64,000 nt of DNA from positions 9,238,001 through 9,302,000 of the forward strand of contig JBITNC010000001.1 in NCBI GenBank assembly GCA_050084985.1, given 5' to 3'. Position 1 is the first letter of the stretch, and every line of letters begins with the position of its first letter. Shown here piece after piece: positions 1-13,800 of this stretch. The DNA comes from Nageia nagi (Eukaryota > Plantae > Pinophyta). Below the pieces are notes generated by a model. The model searched no databases. It was not told the origin of the DNA and worked only from the letters and a program-made list of their open reading frames with translations. A program made the position numbers and the translations under genes.

Positions 1-1256
1 GTATCTAACTCGACAAATTTCATGATAATGTCATCAGGCGTTTCTTAGTAGGCCCAGTGCAGATAGACAATCCAACATGAAAAGGAGCCTGATTTCTTGT
101 ACCAGGCCTGATATTCTTCATGGTGACGTCAACACCTGACTTTGAAAAGCTTGGGGCAGAATCAGTTGAGGGCTAGATACAAAGAGTAGGTCTGATATCT
201 CACCGGGGGTTGTTCAAATTTGATCCAAGAATTCTAGAAAGTCATGCCTACATGTCGACATCAACACTGCATCTTCCTTGTGGTATCATTGCATTGGTTG
301 AATTTGAATGGTGTAATTCAAAGGATGATTCAGACGCCGATGTTGCAAGGAGAGTCATATAGGAGCCGGGTTATGAGAGCCGGAAGTGTGCAAAATGAAC
401 ATTTGAAGTACTAGAATTGCAGAGCCGTCACTTCAGTAAATCTGATGGAAGATTTGCTTGCAGAATGAGAAATGATAGATCCAAGGCAACATCAGCTCTG
501 AAGGTACTATGAATCTGATCAAATGACATGCAACAGAAAGGAGAATTTCAAAATCTGTCCTTGATAAGACAAGTAGTGTCAAGCCTTATTTCTAAATGGA
601 TTATCTTTCTTGCTGAACTGATATAAAAATCATTGAAAGAAACATAAGCAAGATTGCTGGCTTTATCACATCAAAACCAAGATTAAACAACTTTCAAATG
701 TATTTTAACCATAGATTCAGCTGAAAAGACAAAAATATGCAAATGAAGAAATGACTGAATTAAAGATTCTGCCCAAAACCAAATCTGCGAAAACTGTCAT
801 AACTCAGTGAAAGTGCTGCTATCTGTCATCTCATTCCTCTACATATATCATAAATCTTCCGCAAATGTTCATATCATATCCAGATTCATCCATTTAAGTT
901 TTCCTTCAACAACCTTTCCGTCCATCCGTTATGTCACCCCAAAAGAGCAAACAATGTAGGAAATATGTTCTACAACTCCTAATGCTCTTTCATCCAGATC
1001 CAAGCCAAGGGAAGGATTTAAAAGGATATGTATAATCCTTACATCTCTATGACGTATGCCCCATCCCTAAACCTCATGGCATCCTTTTTTCAGGAGATCT
1101 TCTAGGTACTGGAAGCCCCATCCCTAGTCGTCCTGGCATCCTTCACTATACTCCCTTGCCGTTAATGTAGGCTTTTCACTAGCAAGCTTATGAGCCTTCA
1201 AAACATTCTGAAGCTATGATAAAATCTTGATAAAATAAACAAGGAGAAATGAAAAA

Positions 1257-2657
1257 CATATATTACATCAATACAACATTCATAAATAGAGGAAAAAGTG
1301 GCTTATCACTTCACCTTTCTCAAGAGACTCTTTAATTGCCTAAAGACTCAACAACTTCATCTTACTATGACCTTTGGAATTCCTCCAATACATAAATCCG
1401 AAAATACATAAATAACACCTAAATCTAATTATTTACATTCAACCTTAATCCCTAAGGATTAGGTTTCCAACATTCCCCCTTAATCCGAAAGGGATTAAGA
1501 AAGAAATAAAAAGATGTGCCCCAAAAGATTTAAATGATTGGTAACAATTTTAAATATTAAAAGTTTAAATATTTAAATATAATAAAATTTAAATTTTAAA
1601 ACATTTAAATTTAAATATTGTAAGCGGTTACAAAATAAATGATTAGGTTGGCGGCAAGGCAGGGATTGTGTTTTGAATATATCATGCAACCTAATCTCAC
1701 TCGATAATTTCTATAAAACGGTGGATGCCGTGAGGAAAGCAGGTGAGTCGATGGACAACATTGGGTGCGGTTGATGGGATTCAGATCTGAGCAATAGGAG
1801 GGAAACACCAAATTGGAGGGTCAACACGCATTGAATAGGTTTTTCTGATTCCACACGATGTAGAAGAAGCCACCAGCAAAAGAATATTACATTTTTCACA
1901 AATAGCTTCTACTTCCAACCATAATAGATTTTTTCTGAGCTTCTTCACAATCCAAAAATGAAACAACCACTCTAGTGCATGAAAGAGAGGCAAATTTGCA
2001 ACTTGGGTTGAGATGGCATTGCTATCAGAACATTAGCCATAAAACAACCCAACATTCACCACCAAAAAAGGCATACAGTAGGAAGAATAACAACAATTTC
2101 ACCCATGAAGAAGGAAGAGGAGAACCCCATGAACAACAGATGATATAATTTGTGCAGCTCCTAAAAACTTAACTGTACAAATTTAATGGAAATGGGTATC
2201 TAGAACTTTTCACAGAATGGAAAATGGATAACCATATTAAAAGTTATGCACAAAAATGGAAAATTGGAGTCTACTCGAATTTGCAAGAAAAACTCACATG
2301 GAGAATGAAGAAATGCACAAAGTAAGCTCTTAGCATGGTGTAGCAAAGGTTGTTAGTCTTTTGTTAGGCATAGCCAATCTCTGATACCACTGTAAGACCC
2401 ACTCTTAGGTTTGCAAATCCAAATTCTATTAACTCCAAAATTCATGTATTATATCAATACAACATTCATAAATAGAGGAAAAAGTGCTTATCACTTCACC
2501 TTCCTCAAGAGACTCTTTAATTGCCTAAAGACTCTACAACTTCATCTTACTATGACTTTTGGAAGTCTTTCAATACACAAATCCGAAAATACATAAATAA
2601 CATCTAAATCTAATTATTTACATTCAGCCTTAATCCCTATGGATTAGGTTTCCAACA
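1257..2657 (-). mobile_element. Short non-autonomous LTR element (TRIM-like)
   Basis: Direct repeats 1257-1472 and about 2443-2657; right LTR 2391-2657 is TG...CA. Reverse tRNA-Met PBS ctctgatacca at 2379-2389, reverse PPT ttccccct at 1473-1480, about 0.9 kb non-coding interior. Left boundary and TSD not resolved. Confidence 0.75.
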
Positions 2658-3549
2658 GGAGGTGGCAACGCAGGAATGATCTTCTCATCAATATTTTGCT
2701 AGACAGTAGCCAAGGTATTTGTCTATTTTCCACTCCATTTTTCCTTTCTTTTGTCTTCACCATCTACTTATTTTGACTCCATTCCTTTTTGTCACAAGGA
2801 TACCATATATCAATGTGCAACCACTCAAATTATTTCCAGACTCTGCGACTTGGCATTCTAGATCTCAGACACATTATTTGATCATGGGTTTTGTATTTTT
2901 AGGTTAGGAATAGAGTATTTCAGGTCTCGGAAACATTATTTGATCAGAGATTTGAAACTTGATCTGTCATATCAGAGTTTGTTTGTATGATTATTTCTAT
3001 GGGCATTCTAATTCTGATTTTGAAAAATCAATATGATGGTATGCCCTTTGTTTATTGTCTCTTTGTGTCTTTGAAATGAATGGACATGCATTATGCAATA
3101 TTACATTATTTGAATGTTGTATGATGGCCTTCTTTTTCAATAGTTTCACGCTTTCATTACATTAATTGAATGAATGATGTTGGGATGTTGCATGTTTCTG
3201 TTTGTGTTTCCGTTCATGACTCCATATGCCCAATGGAACAGGCACCAATCTTATGTATAGCTAAATAACTAATGTTTGTTGTTTAGATCATTCTCACACA
3301 TAAATCCATTTTATTTTGTTGTTTTTACTGGCTAGTTTTTGGCTATATCACAAATCTCAATAGAAGATTGATTTAGGGTTACATTCCCAGGCATTTATAG
3401 TAGAATATCTAGAATTGTCATCGGGCAATCTATGATAAGCCTGAAAAAGAGGTTATAGCCAGATAATTCCATACTTTTGTTGTCACTAGGGAGAGTCAAC
3501 AACTCGTGACACTAGCTTCAAGCTTTAGCCACAAATTAAAGGGGTGTTA

Positions 3550-4172
3550 ACTCTTGTCACAACAAAACCATATATGGGATTTGGTTCCAAAAACTAATTG
3601 CAACTTTGATGGTAATATGGATAAATGCAAGGCACACCTTGTGACAAAGGGCTATTCACAAGTTGAAGGAGTTGACTATAATGATATCTTTGTCTAAGTA
3701 GCATGATTAGATTCCATTCGCTTGGTATCAACTATTGCAGTTGTTAAGGATGGGAAGTTCACCAAATGGATGTAAAGAACACTTTCCTTAATAGGGATTT
3801 GTGTGAAGAAATCTATATGGAGAAACCTCTAGGATTTGAAAAGGATGGTCCGATTCACTTTGTATTCAAGCTTGAGAAGTCACAATATGGTTTAAAAGAA
3901 GCTTCAAGAGCATGGTGTGCTGAGATGGATACATTTATGATCAAGTTGGGCTTCATGAGGTGCGAGAATTTAACCTCTACAATAAAGAAAGGAATGGTTT
4001 GTATTATTCATTACCTTTTAAATTGATGACTAACTTACTATAGTGGATTCTCCACAAGAAATCAAGGTGTTCAAGAAGAGATTGAATGGAACTTTTGAGA
4101 TGAAAAATATGGAATTTGGCCATTATTTCCTTGGATTGCAAGTCACTTAGTTAAAAGGAGGTGTTTCTCTTT
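3550..4172 (+). mobile_element. Ty1/copia reverse transcriptase remnant, 5' part
   Basis: Degenerate copia RT motifs KAHLVTKGYSQVEGVDY, HQMDVKNTFL..L.EEIYMEKPLGF, LEKSQYGLKEASRAW, YFLGLQV, with stops and frameshifts. Confidence 0.9.
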
Positions 4173-5609
4173 TAGGACAACAATCCCACCCAGAGTTCGA
4201 TGAGGTTATGCAACAATATCCACCTTGGAGAGACAATGCATCCGGTTGCACTTATAGGACTTTCTATCCAAGTTAGAGCTCTTTCAGATCCTAGTCATAC
4301 CCACAATATTATATGGAGCTAATGTTTGGGGATCCAACTTGAGAGCAATAGATCGGACCATGTTAGAGAGGATCTTGGTCACTACTTTGTCTCGGTCCAT
4401 TCAGAGTAAGAGGATGGTCCCTCACCTTATCATATTTGCAGAGTTTTATTGCCAACCTCATCAAGTGTGGGCCATTGCTTCCATAGTCCTCTTCCTCCAT
4501 CGCCTTTAGAGTCTATCCGATTGCGAGGGCCTTATTGCTAGTGTTGGGATGGAAACCTTTCCCACTCGCCTATGATCGCCTGCACACGATCACGAAGGGG
4601 AAAGCACTCAGCATTTAGGTGAGATAGCGTAACTTACCTCCTCTTGAAAGGACTGAAACCCCAAGGTTTGTTCGCGTTCCCTTTGAAGTAGCACAATTTT
4701 ATATATGATTAGGGGAATGAACTCAACTAGTTTGGATGGAGGTAGAGGCTATTAACTCACGTTTTTTTTAGGGACGAGGTGTTTTTGCGATGATTGAAAG
4801 TTGCTCTGGTTTTGTAAAAAAAGAATGCAGGAAAGATAAAAATAAGCAAATAAAACAAAGAAAAAGGCGAAAATGATCCAATACAGGTTAGATCACAGGG
4901 TGACTGTCACAACAAAGCATTGTCTAAAATGAGATGTTTTCTAATTGATTAAGAAGTTCTCATTCATTCAATCTAGTTCAAGGTGAATAACTATTGTCCA
5001 ATCAACTTTGAATCTAGAGCGAGAGGCAAGATCAATTGTTGGTACTCCGCGAACGGGATTGATACAATCGAAGAAACTTAGCGTGGGATGCATGCTTTGG
5101 AACCAAGTTTGAACGAAAGCTTAAAATAGGATATAGAAAAGAAACAACTTCAGAATACATTTGTTTAAATATGGAAGAGGCAAAAGGTGGCAAACTTAGA
5201 GCAATTCAAATATTTTTTAAAGTTTGAACAACAATTTTTTCCTAAAACTCTCAAGTTTTCAAGGAAAGAAACGAAAATATTTGAATCATGTAAGAAGACC
5301 ACAAAATGAAACCCATTCACCACTCCAAGTATGACAAATCTCTTGAGAAAATAAGCAACCACTTTGCATTACCTTGTAAAAGAGTTACAGAAAAGTTTCC
5401 ACAATTTTCTCCTTTTACAAAAAATTGGAATTTGTTCTCAAAATTTTCATTCCTTGAAAAGTTCCAAACTTTCATTCTACATAAAAGTGACCCCATGGGG
5501 TCTATTTATAGAATTTCTAAGGTTTCGAAGTGTTGCCCTAATTCTATAAAAAAATATTAAAATATTACATATTTGCCTCCTATGACTAAGTCAGCTGAGT
5601 TTTGGTGCT

Positions 5610-6439
5610 CTATTTGCCAAGCTGATTGATCAAGAGAGCAGGGTTAGTCGAGTTTTGGTGCTCAACTTTTCCTGCTGATTGATTTACAAAAGTTTTGAAT
5701 ATGACAAAAATTATGGTGGTTGACTTGCAGTTTGCACATGTGAAGCCTTCCTCGAAGTTGGTGCCCACGAAGATTTCTCTTGCCTCTATTGATATGACGT
5801 ATGAAGTTGACAAACTCCTTTCGTAATCTTTGATCATTTTCTTTCCTTGTTATTCGACACAGCATGCTGATAATGGTAGAGATTATAAGATAGAAATTTG
5901 TTCTCTTTTGTTGGCTTAAGGCCTTTGCCTTAAAATCTTTGCATTCATCAACCAACCAGTCTTTGATTAGATTCCCTAGCTTTGTCATTCTATTGAAGAA
6001 TTTGATGAAGTTTGTCATGGTGAATATGATGCCCTCGTTACTCCATGCAAACGTGTTCTCTATTCCCTCCATTGTGAAGTTTGGTATTTGGACACCATTA
6101 GTATCACAAAGTTCTTTGAATTTCTTCTTTGTGTTGTAGTATATGGCTACCTCGAGGCTGAACTCTATGAATGGAGCGGTGTACAGGATCATGGAGGCCT
6201 CAATGACTTTGGACTGAGTGAGAATGTCGTTGAGCAGTTGTCCAGGTGGGATTTGGGCCATCTTCTCTAATGTCTTGACTGGGTTAGTGTGTGTCCAATT
6301 TGTATCTCTGATTTGACTGAGGCCATCGACAAGTACGACCGTGGGGAAAGAAGTCTTGCCCCTCTTTCTCAATGGTGATTAGGCTATCCTTCATGATCTT
6401 CTTTATCCGGAGTTCCTTGTTCCTCTTAGCAATGCTCAT
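5610..6439 (-). pseudogene. N-terminal part of LTR-borne accessory protein, 3'-truncated
   Basis: 236-aa ORF 5662-6372 plus frameshifted start (ATG at 6439, MSIAKRNKELRIKKIMKDSL). Aligns with 36990-37871: DTNW/DTDW, FTMEGIENTFAW/FSPDGIEATFSW, LCRITRKENDQRLRKEF/LSRVTSQENDVKYRREF. Confidence 0.75.
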
Positions 6440-7121
6440 TCTATGAAGCTTATGGAGGACAAAAAGTTGTTAGGAGAAATACTGGGTGTATCTGGAGCAA
6501 TTTTGGAGCAAAAGTGGGATATTCGATTTTCGGGATTTTTGAAGTTCTTCGGAATCGGGAAACGAGTACATGGGTGTTGGCAAATAAATCTAGGAGGCTT
6601 GTGATCAAGTGTCGAAGAAAAATATCGAGTTTTCGGGGTCCAAATTAACTCGTTTTTTTAGCCCATGTATTCGTTTTTTTTGATAGGTTTTGGTAGCTTC
6701 GAAGCTTGGAAAGATGGGGCTGTAAAGTGGGTTTTCAAGCTTCGTTCGAGGGAAGTGAATGATGGAGGTTGTTCTCCTATATGAGGTCTATTACTTTGGT
6801 ATTCACTTCGAAGTTCATATCACTCAAAATTTGGGAATTTTTGAGCCTTGAAAAAGTGTTTTTTTGTGTTTTTTCACATTTTTGAAAATGGCCAAAAGAT
6901 GGGGGCGTCTGAAATTTGAAATTTTTTAAAAAAGTAGATTTGACCTTATGGATGGATGGAGGGTGAGATTATAAGGTTCTTGAGAAAATTTGAGATGGTT
7001 TTGAACTTTTTTGAATCTTGGAGTCAAAGTTTAAGTTTTTGAGCAAGTGCTTGAGGTTTTTTGCTCAAAAATGGTTGAATGGAGGCTCAAGGAGAGTGTT
7101 GTGGAGCAAATGAGAGGCATA

Positions 7122-7136
7122 GGGGGGTATTTACAG
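7122..7136 (-). promoter_or_regulatory. TATA-like box upstream of accessory ORF in LTR A
   Basis: Minus strand CTGTAAATACCCCCC, same context as CTATAAATACCCCC at 38265-38278 upstream of the homologous ORF. Distinct from the LTR TATA near 5503. Confidence 0.4.
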
Positions 7137-7254
7137 GGTTTTTGTGTCTTATGCATGCTCCTTAGTGGGTATTTGACCTAAAAAGTGCTCTATGGATGCA
7201 TTTTGCACGTTTCTTAAGGTTTTGGATCTGTCAAACACTCCATAGACTTGAATA

Positions 7255-8720
7255 TCAGCGCCTAGATTTTGAAGGCACTTTCTTTGGTCCAAATTGATAA
7301 ATTCAAAGTTTAAATATCCTTATTTTCTTCTTCCCCACCCAATCAAGTGCAAAAATTTGAGTTTTAGTGGATTTTTGAGCTTTTCCTTTGGATGTAGGCG
7401 CCATTTTTCATATTTTTGGGTACTCCAATGGCTTGCAAACCTGCGCTTGACTTTTTGAGGCATTTATAGTGGCCAAATTCGAAAATTTGCTGATCTAAAC
7501 ATGCTTAGAATGCCCTTTTGCATGCAACCATGTGAAAAAATTCGAATTTTTGCAAAATTTTTGATTCCTCTTCATGCTAGGCACTGATTTTCACTCCATT
7601 GGATTTGGAAAATTCAGCAAACCTGCGCCTAGGATTTTGGGCTAGTTCCCTTTCTCAAATTTGAAAATTTGTAAGTTTAAATGTGCTTATTTTCATGTTT
7701 TCCATGCAATTGACCCTTGAAACTTGGATTTTGAGGCAAATTTTTGAAAACTATTGTTCCTAGGTGCTAGATTTCACTCCATTGGATTTCCAATGGCATG
7801 AAAAACTGCGCCTGCCCTTTAGGTGCCTTAAAATTGCTCAAAATCCGAATTTTGCAAGTTAGGAATGGTGTTTTTGACCCAATGGACCCTTCACACTTGA
7901 GTTTTGAACAAAATTTGCAAAATATTTTTATCTTAGGCGTTAGATTTCACTCCATTGGATTTCCAATGGCATGAAAACCTGTGCTTAGCCTTTAGGTGCC
8001 TTTCCATTTCTCAAAATTGGAATTTTGTAGTTCTAAATGTGCTCAAAATGGGGGTTTCCACCTCATGGACACCTTGGGATAAAATTTTAATGCATTTTCC
8101 ACTTATCCTTCGCACCATTTTTCACTTCTATGGATTTGGAAACATTAGCAAACCTGCGCCTAGCCTTTGGAGGGTCAAAACTTGCTCAAAATCCAAATTT
8201 TCGAGACTCAAATGTGCTTACAATCATGTTTTCCTTGGTCCGAAGCACTTAAACTTGATTTTTGGTTAAAAAACATTCCATCTTGTCATTCTAGGCGCTA
8301 TTTTTCACCCCATTGGAATTGGAAAACTCTAGAAACTTGCGCCTAGCATTTTGGGGTTCTTTACTTGCTCAAAATAAAAAATTTTGAGACCTAATGTGCC
8401 TTAGAACCGTCATGTCCACTCATTCATGCATTTAGATTTCATTTACGATGCATTTTTATTTTTCTCCACTTCCTAGGCACCAAAATGCACTTCTATGGAT
8501 TTCCCATAGGCTTGAAAAACTGCGCCCAGCATTAGAGTGCCTTAGACTTGGAAATAAAATATTTTGAGTCCTAACTATGATAGAATTCATCTTATCTCTC
8601 CGGATACGCTCTTAGACTCGAATTTCGAAACCATTTGCATTTATCTATGAGAAACATGGACCATTTCTCCCTTGGGTCTTCAATACCTTGGAAAAATGTG
8701 CTTGGGGCTAAGGGTACTCA
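7255..8720. repeat. About 180-bp tandem array (8-9 diverged units) with AGGCGC-N40/41-GCGCCT dyads
   Basis: GCGCCT-like half-sites recur near 7258, 7443, 7625, 7808, 7981, 8156, 8339 and 8522. Confidence 0.8.
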
Positions 8721-8749
8721 AACTTGCATTTTTGATCCATTACGGACTC

Positions 8750-9420
8750 AATCTGTGCATTTCCGACCAATCCCGGTGTTTTCGAGCTTAGACTTTGTAT
8801 TTCAATGATTTCCGAGTTCAAACGGAGCCAAAACGATCATTTCCTCCTTTCTGGGCTCAAAGTTGTCATTTTCTGTTATATTCGGGCTCAAAGCATTCAA
8901 TTCTGCCCATTTCGGCATTTCCGGGCCCTTAGTGTGAAAAAACAACCTTTTCCGACATATTTGGCATTTTCAAGCATTTCTGGCCATTCTTGACTCAACT
9001 CGTCTTTGGTCATTTTCGAGCTTTACGAACTCAAATTGTGCAAAAACACACTTTTTTACCATACTGGCCATTTCCGGGCTCAATAGTGACCAAAACGCGC
9101 TTTTCTACCTTACTTGCCTTTTCCAGCTCTCTTAGGTCAACTTTGACAAAAATGTCCATTTTTGTCATTCTTGTCATTTTCAGGGCACCTGGACTCAAAG
9201 TTGACAAAAACACTCTTTTTTGTCACCTGGATGCCTTTGCCCCTAAATTATGCAAAAACGTGCCTTTCTATTGTGCTAAGCACCTGTGAGCTGAGTCTCT
9301 GCAAAAATGCATGCGTTCTTTCAACTTGACACTTTTGCACTTCAATGCTACAAAAACAAACCCTTTTCGCCCTGTTGGCCACTTTGTGAAAAACTCCCTT
9401 CTTGGTTGCTGTCGTGATCC
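8750..9420. repeat. Degenerate short tandem repeats (about 30-50 bp, core CATTTCCGGGCTCAA)
   Basis: Repeated ttc(c)g(g/a)gctc/aaa motifs inside LTR A. Confidence 0.55.
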
Positions 9421-9644
9421 AAAACCGCATTTTGCTTGATATGGCTTGAAACTGGGCCATGAATGGCTGTTGGATGCATTGAGCTACCTTGGTGCCTCTA
9501 GGGTACTTGCTTGTACTGCTTCATTACTTGGCCACTCTGATTCTTCACTTTGGTCGTCGTCTAGTCATCTTCAAGCAATGTCGTCTATTGCCTTCAAAAC
9601 AATAAGGTCCCCAAAATGCTGCATCTTGAGTTGTGTTGTGCGGG

Positions 9645-9811
9645 CACAACAGCTAGACTTCCAACGAGATCTCTATCTTCCTCAATCAACCTAACTTTCT
9701 AGGGATGTCATCGATGTTTGTTTGTCTACACAACAACTAGACTTCCAACGAGAGCTCTTCTTCCTCGATCAACCTAACTTTCTAGGGATGTCATCGATGT
9801 TTGTTTGTCTA
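9645..9811. repeat. About 84-bp tandem duplication spanning the LTR A/LINE junction
   Basis: cacaaca(g/a)ctagacttccaacgaga...gtttgtttgtcta occurs twice. Confidence 0.85.
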
Positions 9812-10867
9812 GGTTAATGATATGCTTTAAAGACTTGGCTTTTCGCTGGATAGATTGCCTTCGCCCTCAAAGGGATCGACAAGGACCCTAGTAGACTCTT
9901 TATCAGCGAATCGAGAGATGATCTATAGGGCCTTCATCCAGATCACTTGGGTTTCTCCCCTATAGCCATTGACGCCCAAACTCGCACTCTATGCACATCA
10001 TTATCTTCAGATCGACATATGATTGATCCTCCCCTTGGCTACATCATCTTGCATCTATCTCTTGGATTGAGGATGTCCATTGGGCAATTTTGGGTTTTCT
10101 CCCATGAGTTGAGGATTGAGACAAACTATCACATAGCCTGGGATTTGCAAGTTTGTCACCATTTCTCTCTTGAAATTGAGTTTGAAGACCACTTCGCCTT
10201 TCAATGTTTGTTATATTACAAAATCCAAGGTTGATACCATCGTCTCTTCTAGAACTCACATTATTCATTATCTACACTCCTCCAGTACCTGTTGTGCTCG
10301 CAAAACATGCCCCACATTTTTTTAATTTTGGGGATCCAATTTGGATCAGGACAGTAAAGAGAATTGTCTTGGGCGATAGAAAGTTGATTTTGAGTAGTCT
10401 AAAGAGATGATATTAGGGAACAATGCATAGAGATTACTCATGGGAGGCCCTGATGTGATTTAGAGTACATAGTCATTGGTTTTAAAGTAGTAAGGAGTCA
10501 GAGTTTGAACAAAAAAACAAAGTACAAGTTTTTGGGTCTCGAAAAGGCCTATGAAAGATAGCTCATTTTTAATCTTCAAAATTTGCAAAATGCAGTTTTC
10601 AAAAGGAAAATTTAAGTTCATCGGTTTGTAGAGGATCAAATGGCACACATCTTTCAAAATGAATCCTATGGGTTTGTAAGGAACATGAAATCATGCACAT
10701 TGATCAAAATTACTCTTCCTCATGGTGGGTGCACATTTTAAGAATTTGGGATATGACAAAACTTCAAAACATAAGCCAACATGCAAAATGCACTTCCAAG
10801 CATGAAAATGGCACTTTTTCAACTTTGCATTTTCAAAAAGTTAATCTTTTGGGTTTTTAGGGAATAT

Positions 10868-13800
10868 TGAGAGAACCATAATGTTCTGTTTATTGATCAA
10901 ATGGATTACAAATATATAGTTCTGGAAGAGAACTAGTAGACAAATAGATGGTTGAGAAATATTCTTCTCATGACTCACAAATAACTATAACAAGCCAAAC
11001 CGTGTGGTTAACAAACCACTACAGGACAAATGACTCTCTATATGGTTACAACAAATCACTACAAGACAATACTACATGACATTTCACATGCTCCACAATA
11101 TTCTAATAGAATATTCTAATCTAAACAATAACACTTAACCTTAGGGAGTTAATTATTCTAACATACTCCGCCTTGATGCTAAGGGACTCATCTATGAGTT
11201 CTTAAGCATCACCAAGTTGGAAGAAACACTATCTCTTACGTTTCCTCCAATCTTTCAACAAGAAAGAAAAAATTGCAAGAATATGATAGGGGAACTCCTC
11301 ATGTGATATCTCCTCCTTTGTTGATGTTTCTCCTCCTTGATTGAGTGCCTCCTTTTGTTGAGTAGCTCCCCCTTCAACAAAAGTCTCTTCATATGTGATC
11401 TTAATCAACCACTCTCTCTCATCTCTTTGATAGTTTTCAAACCATGCTTTTACATCATATTTCCATACTCCACATGAGTATGTGTTAATCATGTCACATA
11501 GATGATTGTACATCATAACACTCTTTGCAACCTCTACACAAATTTGCAAACAAAACATAGCCATGAATTGGCTTATTACATGTGCAACCAAATGTTGCTC
11601 CTCACACAAAGTTTCACTCAAAAAATCACACCTTACTAAGGTTTTACATTCATCATTTTTATTTGAGTCCAAATGACCTATTTTCACAATCATTTTTTTC
11701 TCCCAAGGAAGACTCTTCAATGTTGTCTCCATGAGACAATCTTTAAGCAATGCCTTGATAAGACATTCTTCTCCATTCTCAATAGCCTTCAAGCTATCCT
11801 TCACACATCTAATCAACAAACATTCATTAGTAGCATTAACAAAGAAGCCAAAAAATAAGAAATCATCACCTCCAATCATGTTTTGGTGAGTCGATGTCCA
11901 CAAGCTTTCCTTTGATGTTGCTTTTGAAGCAATCATTTCTTCATTCATGATAAGGAATTCCCATGGTTCTTCTTTGCACATTGTTGCCTCTATAAGACAA
12001 CTCTCAAGCTCTTTTGATGCCTCCATTTCACCATGAAGTCCATCAATGGCTATCTCACTATTTTCTATCTCCCCCTTGAGATAGTCATCTTCATTCTCCA
12101 CTCTTGATAAGTGGTCTTCTCCTTTGAGCATGAAGTTAATAGCCTTCATGTCATCTTCATCAATGATCTCTCTTGGATCCTTATCCCATATTGCCTCTTT
12201 AAGACAAACATTAAATGAGTGGCCTTCATCATAAGGGAGCCAACAATGCGCCTTGTCTTCAATATTCTCTTCCATAAGAATAGTGGCTGCTTCATTGTAT
12301 GAATTCTCTTCATTTGGTGCCTCCTCCATGAGACATTCTTCATGGCATGCCTTCTTCATTAGGCATTCTTCATAAGCTTCCTCCATGAAGCATTCATCCT
12401 CCTTATGATCAATGTGAATGTCATTACAACATTCGATTCCCACAAGAGGTTTACAAGGCCTCTTACTAGGCTCTTCATCATTCAAGTCTTCCTCTTCGAG
12501 GTATTCATCGTTCTCATTATATATATCTTCATAAGATATATCTCCAACTATATGAACCACACTAACCTTATGAGGTTCTTCATATGAATCTTCATAAGAA
12601 TCTCCAAAAGGATCTTCAAAGGAACAAGGCTCCTCTTTGCTCGTACAATCTCCATGAGTGTCCTCATCACACCCATAATCATCTTTCAATGCTTTCCAAG
12701 CCATTTGGGCTGTTCTACAATTTGTAATGAGAGGTAAAACATTTTCTTTCATACCTTTTCTTATATCCATGAGGGCCAAACAATTTTGATATTGCTTTTG
12801 TTTTCTTTTCTCTTTTCTCCTCTCCTTCAAACATGCTCCAAGTGGGTGGCTCTTCATAGCCTTCTTCAAGGATCTCCCAAAGTCCTTTTGCTTTCAACAA
12901 GTGCTTCATTATTATGCTCCATTGAACATAATTGTCTCCATCAAATCTTGGAACCTCCAAGCCTTCAAACATTGTGGGGATTTAATAAATCCTCATACAT
13001 ACCATCAAAAAATCAATCTTAATTATGTACCTTCTCCAAATTTTAATATTCCATTATGGAATTAGGTCTACAGATCCTTTTTGCTGCACATGGGCTCACC
13101 TTCTCCTCATGTTACCTTTCTGCTTGAATCATGGGTCCTTCACAACTCTAATGACGGTTCCAGAAGATGTTTTGAACAACCCAAATGCAATCGTGAACTT
13201 TACTGTATGCTGGCAGATATGCAATTCTTTATGGTCACCTCCATGTTCGTTACACAGTAGACCTTGTTCGCAGCTTCTCGGGGCTCGTTTTGTTTTTATA
13301 CTCCCATCGGTCCTTTAGCGCGTGAGTCTCCTTTAACTAGATGACATGGTTTTAATGGTGGCGTTGCTTTGCTGTTCTCCTCCATCGTATTCGCCTCGCT
13401 TCTTCCAACTAAACTCTCAGCCTTTCTCCAACGCAAGTATCTTTTCTTCACTAACACGGTCTTTTCAATGGCATTATACACCTTTTACTCAAACTCCAAC
13501 TTCCTTCAAATAAATCACCTCACAACTTTCTTCACATGGGCCTCCTTCATGTACTTTTTCCTTGCGTAGGTAGCCTCACAAAGCAAGCTCCTTTTTCTTT
13601 GGCCTAGTCATCCAAACAATGGACTCAGGACTTGCTACGTAGTCGTCGGTGTGGCATATCTTCACCTTTGTTAGGCCCTTCAAACACGATGTCCTCGTAA
13701 TTTGCAAACTCCTTTTATTCCAGACTACTTCCAAGGCTACGGGTTCTCTCCATGAGATCTAGCCTGCTGTAGTCTCACGATCATGTAGAGTCTTCTCTCG

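Larger units (their letters stand above)
4542..9651 (-). mobile_element. Giant solo LTR A (5.1 kb), Tat-like gypsy family
   Basis: TG...CA ends with exact TSD GCTAG (4537-4541, 9652-9656). Both ends are homologous to the two ends of the Tat LTR at 50550-53667; orientation taken from that element. Confidence 0.85.

Noticed and set aside
1-1256. Possible LTR or TE remnant
   Set aside because: No terminus pair, TSD or protein motif that I can support.
11229-12869. 546-aa ORF as a host gene
   Set aside because: Lies between LTRs with a TSD and begins with copia Gag motifs.
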